The position numbers were made by a program, and so were the translations under genes. A DNA stretch of 64,000 nucleotides from the human T2T-CHM13v2.0 reference genome, Homo sapiens. The notes under the pieces were generated by a model. The model saw only the letters and a list, made by a program, of their open reading frames with translations. It made no database searches and had not been told where the DNA came from. The stretch lies in assembly GCF_009914755.1 (NCBI RefSeq), contig NC_060928.1, one strand, 5' to 3'. Below, piece after piece: positions 39,091 through 52,232 of the stretch (within the stretch, counting starts at the first letter, position 1; every line of letters starts with the position of its first letter).

Positions 39091-42000
39091 ACTAGTGAAA
39101 CTATTGGTTTGTGTATTTTCTCCTAAGTTATTTTTATTATGTACATTTCTGTAGAATACTAAAATAAAAATGCACTCCTTAATATCCTAACTCCATATCC
39201 ACTGATTTGATTTGTCTAGTGTTTTTAATACTTTTCTCTAACAACATTAATTGAGTTCTATCCATACCCTGAGGCCACTCCTTCTCCATAGTTAGCAGAT
39301 GTATTTATTTTTTATCCCACTGTATTAGTGCATTCTCACACTGCTATAAAGAACTAGCTGAGACTGAGTGATTTATGAAGATAAGAGGTTTAATTGACTC
39401 TCAATTCTGTAGGCTGTACAGGAAGCATAGCTGAGAAGCCTCAGGAGACTTACAACATGGTGAAAGGAGAAAAAAAGCATGCCTTACCATGGTGGAGCAG
39501 GAGAGAGAGCAAAGGGGGAAATGCCACACACTTTTAAACAACCAGATATTGTGAGAACTCACTCACTATCATGAGAACGGCAAGGGAGAAATACACCCCC
39601 ATGATCCAATCACCTCCCACCAGTTTCTTCCCTCAACATTGGAAATTACAACTCAAAATGAGATTTGGGTGGGGACACAGAACCAAACCATATCATTCCA
39701 CTTCTGGAATCTCATGTCCGTCTCACATTTCAAAAATGAGCCTGTAGAATCAAAAGCAATTTAGTTACTTCCTAGACACAATGGAAGTACAGAAATTGGG
39801 GAAATTCTCCCAATCCAAAAGGGAGAAATTGGCCAAAACAAAGTAGATACAGACCCCATGCAAGTCTGAAACCCATCAGGACAGTCATTAAACCTTAAAG
39901 CTCCAAAGTGATCTCTTTTGACTCCATATCTCACATCCAGGCCACATTGATGAAATGGGTGGGCTTCCAAGGCCAAGGGTAGCTCCATTCCTGTGGCTCT
40001 GCACAGGGTACAGCCCCTATGGCTGTTTTCACAGGCTTGTGCTAAGTGTCTATGGCTTTTTCAGGCACATAGTGCAAGCTGTCACTGGATCTACTATTCT
40101 GGTGTCTGGAGAATAGTGGCCCTCTTCTCTCAGCTCCACTAGGTGGTGCCCCAGTGGGGATTCTGTGTGGGGACTCCAATCCCACATTTCCCCTCCACAC
40201 TGCTCTAGTAGAGATTTTCCATGAGGGCTCCGGCTCTGCAGCAGACTTTTGCCGGGACATTTACACATTTCCATACATCCTCTGGAATCTAGGCAGAGGC
40301 TCACAAACCTCAACTCTTGCCTTCTGCACACCCACAGGCTCAACACCATGTGGAAGCCAATAAGGTTTGGGGATGCAACCTCTGAAGCAATGGCCCAAGC
40401 TGTACCTTGGCCCTTTTTAGCCACGGCTAGATCTGAAGAGGCTGAAACACAGGGCGCCATATCCTGAGGCTGCACAGAGCATCAGGACCCTGGGCCTAGC
40501 CCACAAAACCATTTTTCCCTCATAGGCCTCCAGGCCTGTGATTGGAGGAGCTGCCACGAAGGTCTCTAAACTGCTCTGGAGACATTTTCCCCATTGTCTT
40601 GGCTATTAAAATTCAGCTTTTCTTTACTTATGCAAATTTCTTCAGCCTTGAATTCCTCCCAGAAAATAGATTTTTCTCTTCTACCACATGGTCAGGCTGC
40701 AAATTTTCCAAACTTTTTTTCTCTGCTTCTCTTTTAAATATAAGTTCTAGTTTCAGGTCATTTCTTTGTTTATGCAAATGAGCATAGGCTTTTAGAAGCA
40801 GCTGGGCTATGTCTTGAATGCTTTGATGCTTAGAAAATTCTTCTGCCAGATAACCTAAATCATCTCTATTAAGTTCAAATTTCCATAGATCTCTAGAGCA
40901 GGAGCACAATGCCACCAATCTCTGCTAAAGCATAGCAAGAGTGGCCTTTACTGCAATTTCCAGTAAGTTCCTCATCTCCATGTGAGACTACCTCAGCCTG
41001 GAGTTCACTGTCCATATCACTATTAGCATTTTGGTCACAATCATTCAACAAGTCTTTAGGAAGTTCTAAACTTTCCCTCATCTTCCTGTCTTCCTCTGAT
41101 CCCTCCAAACTGTTTCAATCTCTGCCCAATACCCATTTCCAAAGTTGCTTCTACAATTTCAGATATCTTTATAACAGTGCCTCACTTTTTTGGTAGCAAT
41201 TATCTGTATTAGTCCTTTCTCACACTGCTATAAAGAACTAGCTGAGACTGGGTAATTTATGAAAAAAGCTTTAATTGACTCTTAGTTCCACAGGCTGTAC
41301 AGGAAACATGGCTGGGAGGCCTCAAGAAACTTACAATAGGTGGCAGGGCCCAGAAGGCTGACTAGAAACAGCAGCGTTAGGAGGCTCCCATTGGAAAAAA
41401 AAAACATAATAAGCATGTGAATCCTTCACTGGCAACCAAGGTATCCAAGTTGTCTCACCAGAACTGACTAGGAGGCTGGCATGACCCACAGAATGAAGAA
41501 AGAACAGTGCAGTGTGGTGGCCCACCTGAGAGCCACACGGGGCAGGGAAGCCCCTTCTCCCAAGCCAAGGGAGGCAGTGAGTGAGCTCCGGGGAAACTGT
41601 GCTTTTTCCATGGAACTGTGCAACCCATGGATCAGAAGATCCCACTAGTGAACCCACACCACTCAGCCTGTCAGCTGGAATCTGCTTAAACCTACCAAAC
41701 TCGCAGGGGGAGGGGTGACCAGCACCTTGGCTGCAGCTCCCTGCTGTCTAAGCCATTTGAGCTACTTGTGGGAGGGACAACAGCCAGCACTGGGACTCAC
41801 AACTGTCTAATGCGCTAAGCTCCCTGGGTGGGAAAAGGGCAGCAAACATCTCTATAGCTCCAAACTGTGCTTTTCCCCTGCTGGAGCCAGGGAGGCTGGA
41901 CGGCTTGGTTCCAAGATTTGTACCCACAGGCAAATACATCAGCTGTGGCAGTCTGCAGCCAGAGTGCCTCTTCAGGCGTTACCTTGACCCATCCTTCCTC

Positions 42001-42609
42001 ACTGGGTGGGGCTTCCCTGTAGGAGCTCCAATAACTCCAGCTGAAGGCTCAGGGACACAACCTGGATCTCCCTGGGCCTGAGCCCCTAGCAGGATGGGTG
42101 GCCACAGTCTCTGCAGACCAGCAGATTTAGCATTTCCTCCTGGTAGTCCTGAGGAATCTGGGCAGCCCGATGAGTGGGTTTCCCCCTATTGAGGCACACC
42201 CCTGCCACCAAGGGACAAAGTGCCTTCTTAAATGGGTCCTGTTCCTCATGCCTCCGAACTGGGTGAGACCCTCCAACATGGGTTGTCAGACACCTTATAC
42301 AGGGGTGATCCTACAGGCATCAGGTTGGTGCCCCTCAAAGTCAGAGGTCCCAGGAGAAGGAGTAGGCACCCATCTTTACTGTTCCCCAGCCTCCTTGAGT
42401 GACCTCTCCAGTTGCAGGAGCAAATAACATGAAAAAGGCCTGAAGTGAATCCCCAGCAAACTGCAGCAGCCCTACAGAAGAGGGACCTGACCATTGAAAG
42501 AAAAACAAACAAGCAGAAAGCAACTACAACAGCATCAACAACAAAAAAAGCCACCACAAAAACCACATCCAAGGGTCAGCAGCCTCAAAGACTGAAACTA
42601 GACAAATTC

Positions 42610-43640
42610 ATGAAGATGAGAAAGAATCAATGAAAATATGCTGAAAACTCAAAAGGCCAGAGTGCCTCTTCTCCATATGATCGCAGTGTCTCTCCATTAA
42701 TGGCACAGAACTGGACAGAGGATCAGATGCACGAATCGACAGAAGTAGGCTTCAGAAGATGGATAATAAAAAACTACACTGAGCTAAAGGAGCATGTTCT
42801 AACCCAATGCAAAAAAGCTAAGAACCTAGATAAAAGGATAGAGGAATAGCTAACTAGAATAACCAGTTTAGAGAGGAACATAAACCACCTGATGGAGCTG
42901 AAAAACACAGCATGAGAATTTTGTGAAGTATACACAGGTACCAATAGATGAATTGACCAAGTGGAAGAAAGGATATCAGAGTTTGAAGACCACCTTGCTG
43001 AAATAAGGCATGCAGACAACACTAGAGAAAAAAGAATAAAAAGAAATGAACAAAGCCTCCAAGAAATATGGGACTTCATAAAAATACCCAACCTATGATT
43101 GATTGGAGTACCAGAAGGAGATGGGAAGAATAGAAACAAGCTGGAAAACACACTTCAGGATATTATCCAGGAGAACTTCTGCAACCTAGCAAGACAAGCC
43201 AACATGCAAATTCAGGAAATACAGAGAACATCATTAAGATATTCCATGAGAAGATCAACCCCAAGACACATAATCATCAGGTTCTCCAAGGTTGAAATGA
43301 AGGAAAAACTGTTAAGAGCAGCCAGAGACAAAGGCCAGGTCACCTACAAAGGGAAGCCCATCAAACTAATAGTGGACCTCTCCGCAGAAAGTCTACAAGC
43401 CAGAAGTGATTGAGGGCCAATATTTAACATTCTTAAAGAAAAGAATTTCAACCCAGAATTTCATATCCAGCCAAACTAAGCTTCATAAGCAAAGGAGAAA
43501 TAAAATCCTTTCCAGACAAGCAAATGCTGAGGGATTTTGTTACCATCAGACCTGCCCTGCAAGAGCTCCTGAAAGAGCAGTAAATATGGTGGAGGGGGAG
43601 CCATTACCAGCCACTGCAAAAACCCAGCAAAATATAAAGA
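42610..43640 (+). pseudogene. Disrupted L1 ORF1p
   Basis: IGVPEGDG...LENTLQDIIQENF.NLARQAN.QIQEIQRT...TPRHIIIRFSKVEMKEK; multiple stops. Confidence 0.9.
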
Positions 43641-43700
43641 CCAATGACACTGTGAAGAAACTGCATCAACTAGTGTGCAAAGTAACCAAATAGCAGCATG

Positions 43701-46700
43701 ATGACAGCATCAAATTCACACATAACAATACTAACTTTAAATATAAATGTAAATGTAAATGGGATAAATGGGTTAATTCACACAGACTAGTGAATTGAAT
43801 AGAGTCAAGACGCATTGGTGTGCTGTATTCAGGAGACCCATCTCATGTGCAGACACACATAGACTCAAAATAAAGGAATAGAGGAAAATTTATCATGCAA
43901 ATGGAAAGCAAAAAAAAAAAAAAAAAGTAGGGGTTGCAATCCTAGTCTCTGACAAAACAAGACTTTAAACCAACAAAGATTAAAAAAAAGACAAAGAAGG
44001 GCATTACATAATGGTAAAGGGAACAATTCAACAAGAGGAGCAAACTACTTTAAATATATATGCACTCAATATAGGAGCACCCAGACTCATAACACAAGTT
44101 CTTAGGTACTTGCAAAGAGACTTAGACTCCCATACAACAATAGTGGGAGACTTCAACACCCCACTGTCAGTATTAGATAGATCAATGAGACAGAAAAATA
44201 ACAAGGATATTCAGGACTTGAACTCAGCTCTGGATCAAGTGGACCTAGTAGGCATCTACAGAACACTCTACCCCGAATCAACAGAATATACATTCTTCTA
44301 AAACACTCCTCAGCAAATGCAAAAGAACAGAAATAATAACAAACAGTCCCTCAGACCACAGTGCAATCAAATTAGAACTCAGGATCAAGAAACTCACTCA
44401 AAACCATACAATTATATGGAAATGGAACAACCTGTCCCTGAATGACTCCTGGGTAAATAATGAAATTAAGGCAGAAATCAAGAAGTTCTTTGAAACCAAT
44501 GAGAACAAAGGGACAATGCACTGGAATCTCTGGGACACAGCTAAAGCAATGTTAAGAGGGGTATTTACAGCCCTAAATGCCCACATCAGAAAGCTTGAAA
44601 AATCTCAAATCAACACCCTAACATCACAATTAAAAGAGCTAGAGAGGCAAGAGCAAACTAATCCAAAAGCTAGCAGACGACAAGAAATAATTAAGATCAG
44701 AGAAGAATTGAAGGAGACAGAGATAAGAAAAACTCTCCAAAATATCAATGAATTCGGGGCTGTTTTTTTTTTTTTTTGAAAAAAATTAACAAAATAGATA
44801 GACCTCTAGCCAGACTAACAAAGAAGAAAAAAAGAGAAGAATCAAATAGACACAATAAAAAATGATAAAGGGGATGTTACCACTGATCTCACAGAAATAC
44901 AAACTACCATCAGAGAATACTATAAATGCCTCTACACAAATAAACTAGAAAATCTAGAAGAAATGGATACATTCCTGGACACATATACCCTCCCAAGTCT
45001 AAACCAGGAAGAAGCTGAATCCCTGAATAGACCAATAACAAGTTCTGAAATTGAGGCAGTAATTAATAGACTACCAACCAAAAAAGCCCAGGACCAGACA
45101 AATTCATAGCTGAATTCTAACAGAAATACAAAGAGGAGCCGGTACTATTCCTTATAAAACTATTCCAAACAATTAAAAAGGAAAGACTTCTCCCTAGCTC
45201 ACTTTGTGAAGCCAGCATCATCCTGATAACAAAACCAGGAACAGACACAACAAAAAAAGAAAACTTCAGGCCAATATCCCTGATGAACATAGATGCAAAA
45301 ATTCTCAATAAAATGTTGGCAAACTGAATCCAGTAGCATATCAAAAAGCTTATCTACCACGATCAAGTCGGCTTCATCCCTGGGATGCAAGGCTGGTTCA
45401 ACATATGCAAACCAATAAACGTAATCCATCACATAAACAGAACCAAAGACAAAAACCACATGATGATCTCAATAGATGCAGAAAAGGCCTTTGATAAAAT
45501 TTAACATCCTTTCATGTTAAAAACTCTCAATGAACTAGGTATTAATGGAATATATCTCAAAATACTAAGAGCTATTTATGACACACCCACAGCCAATATC
45601 ATATTGAATGGGCAAAAGCTGGAAGCATTCCCTTTGAAAACTGGTACAAGACAAGAATGCCCTCTCTCACCACTCTCGTTCAACATAGTATTGGAAGTTC
45701 TGGCAAGGGCAATCAGGCAGGAGAAAAAAATAAAGCATATTAAAATAGGAAGAGAGGAAGTAAAATTGTCTCTGTTTGCAGACAACATGATTTTATATTT
45801 AGAAAACCCCATCTCCTCAGCCCAAAATTCCTTAAATTGATAAGCAACTTCAGCAAAGTCTCAGAATACAAAATCAATGTACAAAAATCACAAGCATTCC
45901 TTTACACCAACAATAGACAAACGAGAGCTAAATAATGAGAATGAACTCCCATTCACGGTAGATACAAAGAGAATAAAATACCTAGGAATACAGCCAACAA
46001 GGGATGTGAGGGACCTCTTCAAGGAGAACTACAAACCACTGCCCAAGGAAATAAGAGAGGATGTAAACAAATGGAAAAATATTCCATCCTCATGGGTAGG
46101 AAGAATCGACTTCATGAAAATGGCCATACTGCCTTAAAGTAATTTATAGATTCTATGCTATTCCCATCAAGCTACCATTGACAGTCTTCACAGAATTAGA
46201 ATAAAAAAACTATTTTAATTATCATGTGGAATGAAAGAAGACCCTGTATAGCCAAGATAATCCTAAGAAAAAAGACCAAAGCTGGAGTCATCATGCTACC
46301 TGATGTCAAACTATACTGCAAGGCTACAGTAACCAAAACAGCATGGTACAGGTACAAAAACAGACATGTAGACCAATGGAGCAGAGCAGATACCTCAGAA
46401 ATAAGGCCAGGAGTGGTGGCTCATGCCTGTAATCCCAGCATTTTGGGAGACTGAGGTGGGCAGATCACCTGAGGTCAGGAGTTCGAGACCACCCTGACAA
46501 ACATGGAGAAACCCCATCTCTACTAAAAATACAAAATTAGCTGGGCATGGTGGTACATGCCTGTAATCCCAGTTACTCAGGAGGCTGAGGCAGGAGAATC
46601 ACTTGAACCTGGGAAGCGGATGCTGTGGTGAGCCAAGATCGTGCCATTGCACTCCAGCCTGGGCAACAAGAGCAAAGAACTCCATCAAAAACAAACAAAC

Positions 46701-47800
46701 AAACAAAATAAAATAAACAACAACAACAAAAAAAAAAAAACAAGTAACCAAAATAACACCAGACATCTACAACAATCTTATCTTCAACAAACTTGACAAA
46801 AACAAGCAATGGAGAAAGGATCTCCTGTTCGGTAAATGGTACTGGAAAACTGGTTAGACATACACAGAAAACAGGAACTGAACCCCTTCCTTACACCTTA
46901 TACAAAAATTAACTCAAGATGGAATAAAGACTTAAATGTAAACCCCCAAACCATAAAAACCCTAGAAGAAAACCTAGGCAATACCATTCAGGACATATGC
47001 ATGGGCAAAGACTTCATGACAAAAACGCCAAAAGCAATTGCAACAAAAGCCAAAACTGACAAATGGGATCTAATTAAACTAAAGAGCTTCTGCACAGCAA
47101 AATAACTTATCATCAGAGTAAAAAGGCAACCTACAGAATGGGAGAAAATTTTTGCAATCCACCCATCTGACAAAGGTCCAATATGGAGAATTTACAAGGA
47201 ACTTAAACAAATTTACAAGAAAAAAGAAAGTCAAAAAGTGGGCAAATGATATAGACACTTCTCAAAGGAAGACATTTATGTGACCAACAAACATAAGAAG
47301 AAAAGCTCTACATTACTGATCATCAGAGAAATGCAAATCAAAACTGCAATGAGACACCATCTCACACCAGTCAGAATGGCGATTATTAAAAAGTCAGGAA
47401 ATGACAGACGCTAGCAAGACTGGAGAAACAGGAACACTTTTACACTGTTGGTGGGAATGTAAATTAGTTCAACCATTGTGGAAGACAGTATGGCAATTCC
47501 TCAAGGATCTCGAACCAGAAATACCATTTGACCCAGCAATCCCATTACTGAATATCTATCCAGTAATAGACATAACCAAAGGAATATAAACCATTCTACC
47601 ATAAAGACACATGCACACATATGTTTATTGCAGCACTATTTACAATAACAAAGATATGGAACCAACCCAAATGCCCATCAATGATAGACTGGATAAAGAA
47701 AAAGTGGCATATATACACCACAGAATACTATGCAGCCATAAAAAGGAATCAGATCATGTCCTTTGTAGGGACTTAGATGAAGCTGCAAGCCATCATCCTC
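43701..47800 (+). pseudogene. Disrupted L1 ORF2p (endonuclease/RT)
   Basis: [52 protein letters not shown] fragments; stops, frameshifts, Alu insertion. Confidence 0.92.
46405..46748 (+). mobile_element. AluSp-like element in L1 ORF2
   Basis: ACATGGAGAAACCCC and GCAACAAGAGC diagnostics; long mixed A-rich tail. Confidence 0.93.
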
Positions 47801-48747
47801 AGCAAACTAACACAGGAACAGAAAACAAAACACCACATGTTTTTACTCATAAATGGGAATTGGACAATGAGAACACATGGACGCAGAGAGGGGGAACAAC
47901 ACACACCAGGGCCTGTTGGGGGTGAGGGGTGTGTGGAGAGAACTTAGGAAGACAAGTCAATAAATGCAGCAAACAACCATGGCACACGTGTACCTATGTA
48001 ACAAACCTGCATGTTCTGCACATGTATCTCCTCCTTTTTTTTTTGGAAGAACTAAAAAATAAATAGAAAAAGAAACTTACAATCATGGCAGAAGGCAAAG
48101 GGGAAACAAGCATGTCTCACCATGGTGAGGCAGAGAGGGAGAGAACAGGGAAGTGCTACACACTTTTAAACAATCAGATATTGTGAGAACTCACTCACTA
48201 TCATGAGAACAGCAAGGGAGAAATCTGCCTCCATGATCCAATCACCTCACACCAGGTCTCTACTTCAACAGTGAGGATTACAATTCAACATGAGAATTGG
48301 GTGGGGACACAGAGCCAAACCATATCACCCATCTTGTTTCAAACATGACTGATACTTGTGCCATAACATTTGTGGGCACTTTGGCACCACCACAACAAAG
48401 GCTAAGACCATACATCTCAGAATCCCCTTCCAAGTAAATGAAAAGAACATATAGGGGAGTTCAAAGAGGAAATGAAGTAAAGATAAAGGTCTTCTGGGGT
48501 CAAACAAGAAGGCTTTATCAGAGGCAACAGCTTTGCAGATCTCTCCACAACCTCCTGCTTCATTCACTCTTATGGGCTTTGAAAACCATGCCAAGAGCTC
48601 CACGAGCAGCCATGGCTGGTTTCATACACTTACTTGTGATCTCCAATGTCTTTACCATCACCCCTCACCAATGTTTCACACTGAGACATTTACTGTCAAC
48701 ATTGGCAGCAGCTCCCATTTCCTGCCTTGGGGCTTTAGAATCTCGAA

Positions 48748-49381
48748 CAAGGTTTATCTGCCTCAGCATCATTGACACTTTGGACCACATAATTTGTGTT
48801 GGTGGAAGGGGAAAGCTGTGCTGTGCATTGTGGAATGTTTAGTAGCATCCCGGCGTATTAACCATACTTCCAATTTCTGTAAATTAATGTTTTTATGCCT
48901 ACAAAATGGCCACTGGCTGCTCCCAAGTAAACCCTGGCTCATCTAAAAACATCTGGAGACTTCAGTCAGTCCTAAACTATAGGCTCTGACAGTCACAGTG
49001 AACCTGAACTTAGCAGGAGAGCCACCTTCAAACATAGTTAGCCAACCTTAAGCCTGCTGCCCTGCCTCACCTGCTCCTTTTCCAGGAAACCACAACAGAG
49101 AAGCCTCCCATGCTTCCTCTCAGTGGCTCTGCATTGCATGCTATACTCTCCTCAAGGAACTGCTGAGTATAACAAAACTGTAAAACTCTTTCTGGTTCCT
49201 CTTTCTTAACCTGTCTCTGGCCTCACCAAACCTCACCCAAAGTAATATGGCTAAAGCATCTGGCCTCACCCATTGGAAGCTGGTAGCAAACTTCTCCACC
49301 TCAGTCATGATAATCAAAACTGTGTCCTGACCTTGCTGAATGTTCCATAGGGGACAAAATTGTCCCAGTTGAGAAATTCTG
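48748..49381. mobile_element. MER20 hAT element split by an LTR
   Basis: CTCAGCATCATTGACACTTTGG...GTGCATTGTGGAATGTTTAGTAGCATCC, resuming GGCCTC...CCAGTTGAGAAATTCTG. Confidence 0.85.
48854..49258 (+). mobile_element. ERVL solo LTR (MER73/MER74 group)
   Basis: (C)GTATTAACCAT start, AAAGTAATATGGCTAAAGCA end, degenerate 5-bp TSD CCCGG/TCTGG. Confidence 0.65.
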
Positions 49382-51160
49382 GTCTAAAATATTCACTGTC
49401 AACTCCTAACCTTCAATAGCGGTTTTCCTAACATCCTTACCCTTGTCCCTCCAACAGTAGTTATAAGCACTTAATTCTGAATTAAACTTTGCATTTCTGA
49501 CTTATACAGAATAGCTTCTGGTTTACTAGCCAAACCTGACTGAGAGTGTTACATAAATAATACATTGTTTTTTGCACATGAGTAATCCAAAATGTATTTA
49601 ATTTGGTCACATAAAATATTTAGTAGAGAAAGTTAAGTATTCGCATGGTTTATAATATGATATAACCTGTTTCTTTTCCACAATTTTTCAATATAATAGC
49701 ATCCTTACTGTTAAAAGAATATTATTTTAATATTTGGAGATATCCATATTCTTCAATCTATTGCATTTTGGAGAAAAATATGACTTATTTTGCAAGGTTA
49801 TTTCTGGAGAGATAGCTACTGTCTTATATTTTTAGAATATGTTTATGCCAGAGTTAGATTATAATTTACCAAAATGTTAAGTATAAAAAGGCCAACTAAA
49901 AATAAAAGTATCTGATGTGGTTGTGGTAGAGATTATTTTGTACTGTGGATACATATGCAGGACACATGAGAGAGAAACTGGTATTTTCCCTTAATTGCCA
50001 GTGGCCTAACTGGACTAGAGCCGAGAAGAAGTAAACAAAAAACTAAGGCTTTGATGCTTTCTAAACTGGATTAGTTCTATTTGACATTAGATCTTATTGA
50101 CAAAACAAACAAACAGGCAAAAAAAGCCCCTTCTTTTTATGTGTTTATTATAATTTCACCTTCAATGCAGCTTGATTAATCTTCCCTCAGATAATTGTTT
50201 TTAAATTTGACGTATTTATAGAACTGTGAGGCTTTATGGGCTTTGAAATTCTCCAATGAAGGGTATTATAGAGGCGCCAGGTAACTAGAGATACAATATA
50301 AATCTTGACTGAATGTTTCAGAGTATAGAATTTCGTGCCTTTCTTCTCCCATCTGTGCTCTAATCCTGCGTTTGAGAAACAAAGCATCAGGGGCACTTCA
50401 CAGTGTGGTGCAGAAAATATAAATAAAACTTTTTAAAAAGTCTCTTCTTCAGTAAGTCAGTACCCACTGAAGTCATGCCAACCTGGGAATTACAGTTTGC
50501 TGAAGCTTTATACTGAGGATAAAATTGCAGGATACTATATCCCATGTGAAATGAAGAAATGTTTTTCCTTTTATATCATGTAAAACAGAACAAATACTCT
50601 GACCTAAACCAATCCACTTTGAAATATTGTATATTTCTCAGCCTACAGGAGCTTCCATCCTTATTCATCAGTCTGTTGTACATGTCTTATAATACTCATA
50701 CCATGGACCAGCAGTGCCAACTGCAGTTCTGGGGTTTGCTCCAGCTGACCCCAGAGCATATGCATTTTAAGCTTAACACAGAGAAACAATTGTAGCATGT
50801 TGAAATCTACATATATATTTTGACCCTGCATTCTATTAATATATTAGCTGCTAAAAGCATGTTGTAGTTCTTACAGACTCTGCTTGTATGAATGAAATAG
50901 AAACACCATAAGATGAAATCTCTACTAATGGTATCATAAACAGTTTCTTGACCCTTAATAAATGAAATTTTAAAAGCATCGATTGCCTCTAGTCTAAAGA
51001 TTATCCTCTATTCTTTGTCTTTCTGGAAAATACGCTTTATGATATATTCCCTATAAATCATTTCTTCCTGCTCTGTCAATTAGGCTTTCTCTTTTCTATG
51101 TTTTTATTTATTCAAGAAATATTTACTACGTTTCTGCTGTTAACTAGCTCGGTTCCTGGG

Positions 51161-51515
51161 TTATATGGTTTGGCTCTGTGTCCCCACCCAAATCTCAACT
51201 TGAATTGTAATAATCCCCACATGTTGTGGGAGGGACCTGGGGGAGGTCATTGAATCACAGGGGTGGATTCCCCCATGCTGTTCTTATGAGAGTGACTTCT
51301 CATGAGATCTGATGGTTTTATAAGCATCTGGCATTTCCCCTGCTGGCACTAATTCTCTCTGCTGCCGCCCTGAGAAGAGGTGCCTTCCACCATGATTGTA
51401 AGTTTCCTGAGGCCTCCACAGCAATGCTGAACTGTGAGTCAATTAAACCTCTTTCCTTTATAAATTACCCAGTCTGAGGAATTTCTATATAGCAGTGTGA
51501 GAACAGACTAATACA
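51161..51515 (+). mobile_element. THE1C LTR
   Basis: ATATGGTTTGGCTCTGTGTCCCCACCCAAATCTC...CTGGCATTTCCCCTGCTGGCACT...GACTAATACA. Confidence 0.92.
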
Positions 51516-52232
51516 GTAAATTGGTACTACTGCAGAGAGTGGGGTATTACTATAAAGATCCTCAAAAATATAGAAGCAACTTTGGAACTGAGTAACAGAA
51601 AGAGGTTTGAAAGGTTTGGAGGGCTCAGAAGAAGACAGGAAAATGTGGGAAAGTTTGGAACTTCCTATAGACTTGGAGGGCTCAGAAGACAGGAAGATGT
51701 GGAAAAGTTTGAAACTTCCTAGAGACTTGTTGAATGCTTTTGACCAAAATGCTGACAATGATATGGACAATGAAGTCCAGGATGAGGCAATCTCAGGTGG
51801 AGATGAGAAAATTCTTCTGAACTGGAGCAAAGGTGACTCTTACTATGCTTTAGCAAAGAGACTGGTACTATTTTGCTCCTCACCTAGAGATCTGTGGAAC
51901 TTTGAACTTGAGAGATATGATTTAGGGTATCTGGCAGAAGAAATTTCTATGTGGCGAAGCATTCAAGAGAAAGAAGAGTATAAAAGTTTAGAAAATTTGC
52001 AGCCTGATGATGCAATAGAAAAGAAAACGCCGTTTTATGAGAAGAAATCCAAGCCCACTGTAGAAATTTGCATAAGTAATGAGGAACAGAATGTTAATCA
52101 CCAAGACAATGGGGAAACTGTCTCCAGGGCATGTCAGAGACATTCACAGCAGCCCCTCCCATCACAGGCCAGAAAACCTAGAAGAGAAAAATGGTTTTCT
52201 GGGCCAGGCCCAGGATCCTGCTGCTCTCCATG
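51516..52232 (+). mobile_element. THE1 internal region, 3'-truncated, with open MaLR ORF remnant
   Basis: GTAAATTGGTAC after the LTR; ORF 51607-52278 with LEGSEEDRKMWESLELP and DLWNFELERYDLGYLAEEIS. Confidence 0.9.

Larger units (their letters stand above)
41338..48069 (+). mobile_element. Full-length degenerate LINE-1 (L1PA12-like)
   Basis: 5'UTR, ORF1, ORF2 and 3'UTR ending CACATGTATCTCC-T run-GGAAGAA; exact 14-bp TSD AAGAAACTTACAAT at 41324-41337 and 48070-48083. Confidence 0.95.
39321..48327 (-). mobile_element. Two-LTR MaLR provirus (MSTA/THE1D-type) interrupted by an L1
   Basis: 3' LTR 39321-39695, internal 39696-41204, 5' LTR split into 41205-41337 and 48070-48327; TSD CCCAC/CCCAT; internal ORF fragments resemble the THE1-type ORF. 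Confidence 0.92.
48355..49545 (+). mobile_element. Old ERVL LTR (LTR33-like) split by MER20
   Basis: TACATCTCAGAATCCCCTT near the start and CTTCTGGTTT...CCTGACTGA near the end. Confidence 0.4.

Noticed and set aside
41338-48069. Retrotransposition-competent L1
   Set aside because: ORF1 and ORF2 have many stops and frameshifts, an endonuclease-region deletion near 44300 and an Alu insertion
48438-48842. 134-aa ORF
   Set aside because: Spans an LTR-like/MER20 junction with no protein signature
51245-51260. DUX4 site in the THE1C LTR
   Set aside because: Reads TCATTGAATCA rather than TAATTGAATCA; the core is mutated
51617-51725. Tandem ~55-bp duplication in the THE1 internal region as a novelty
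   Set aside because: I recall similar duplications in THE1-int family sequences; probably inherited rather than locus-specific
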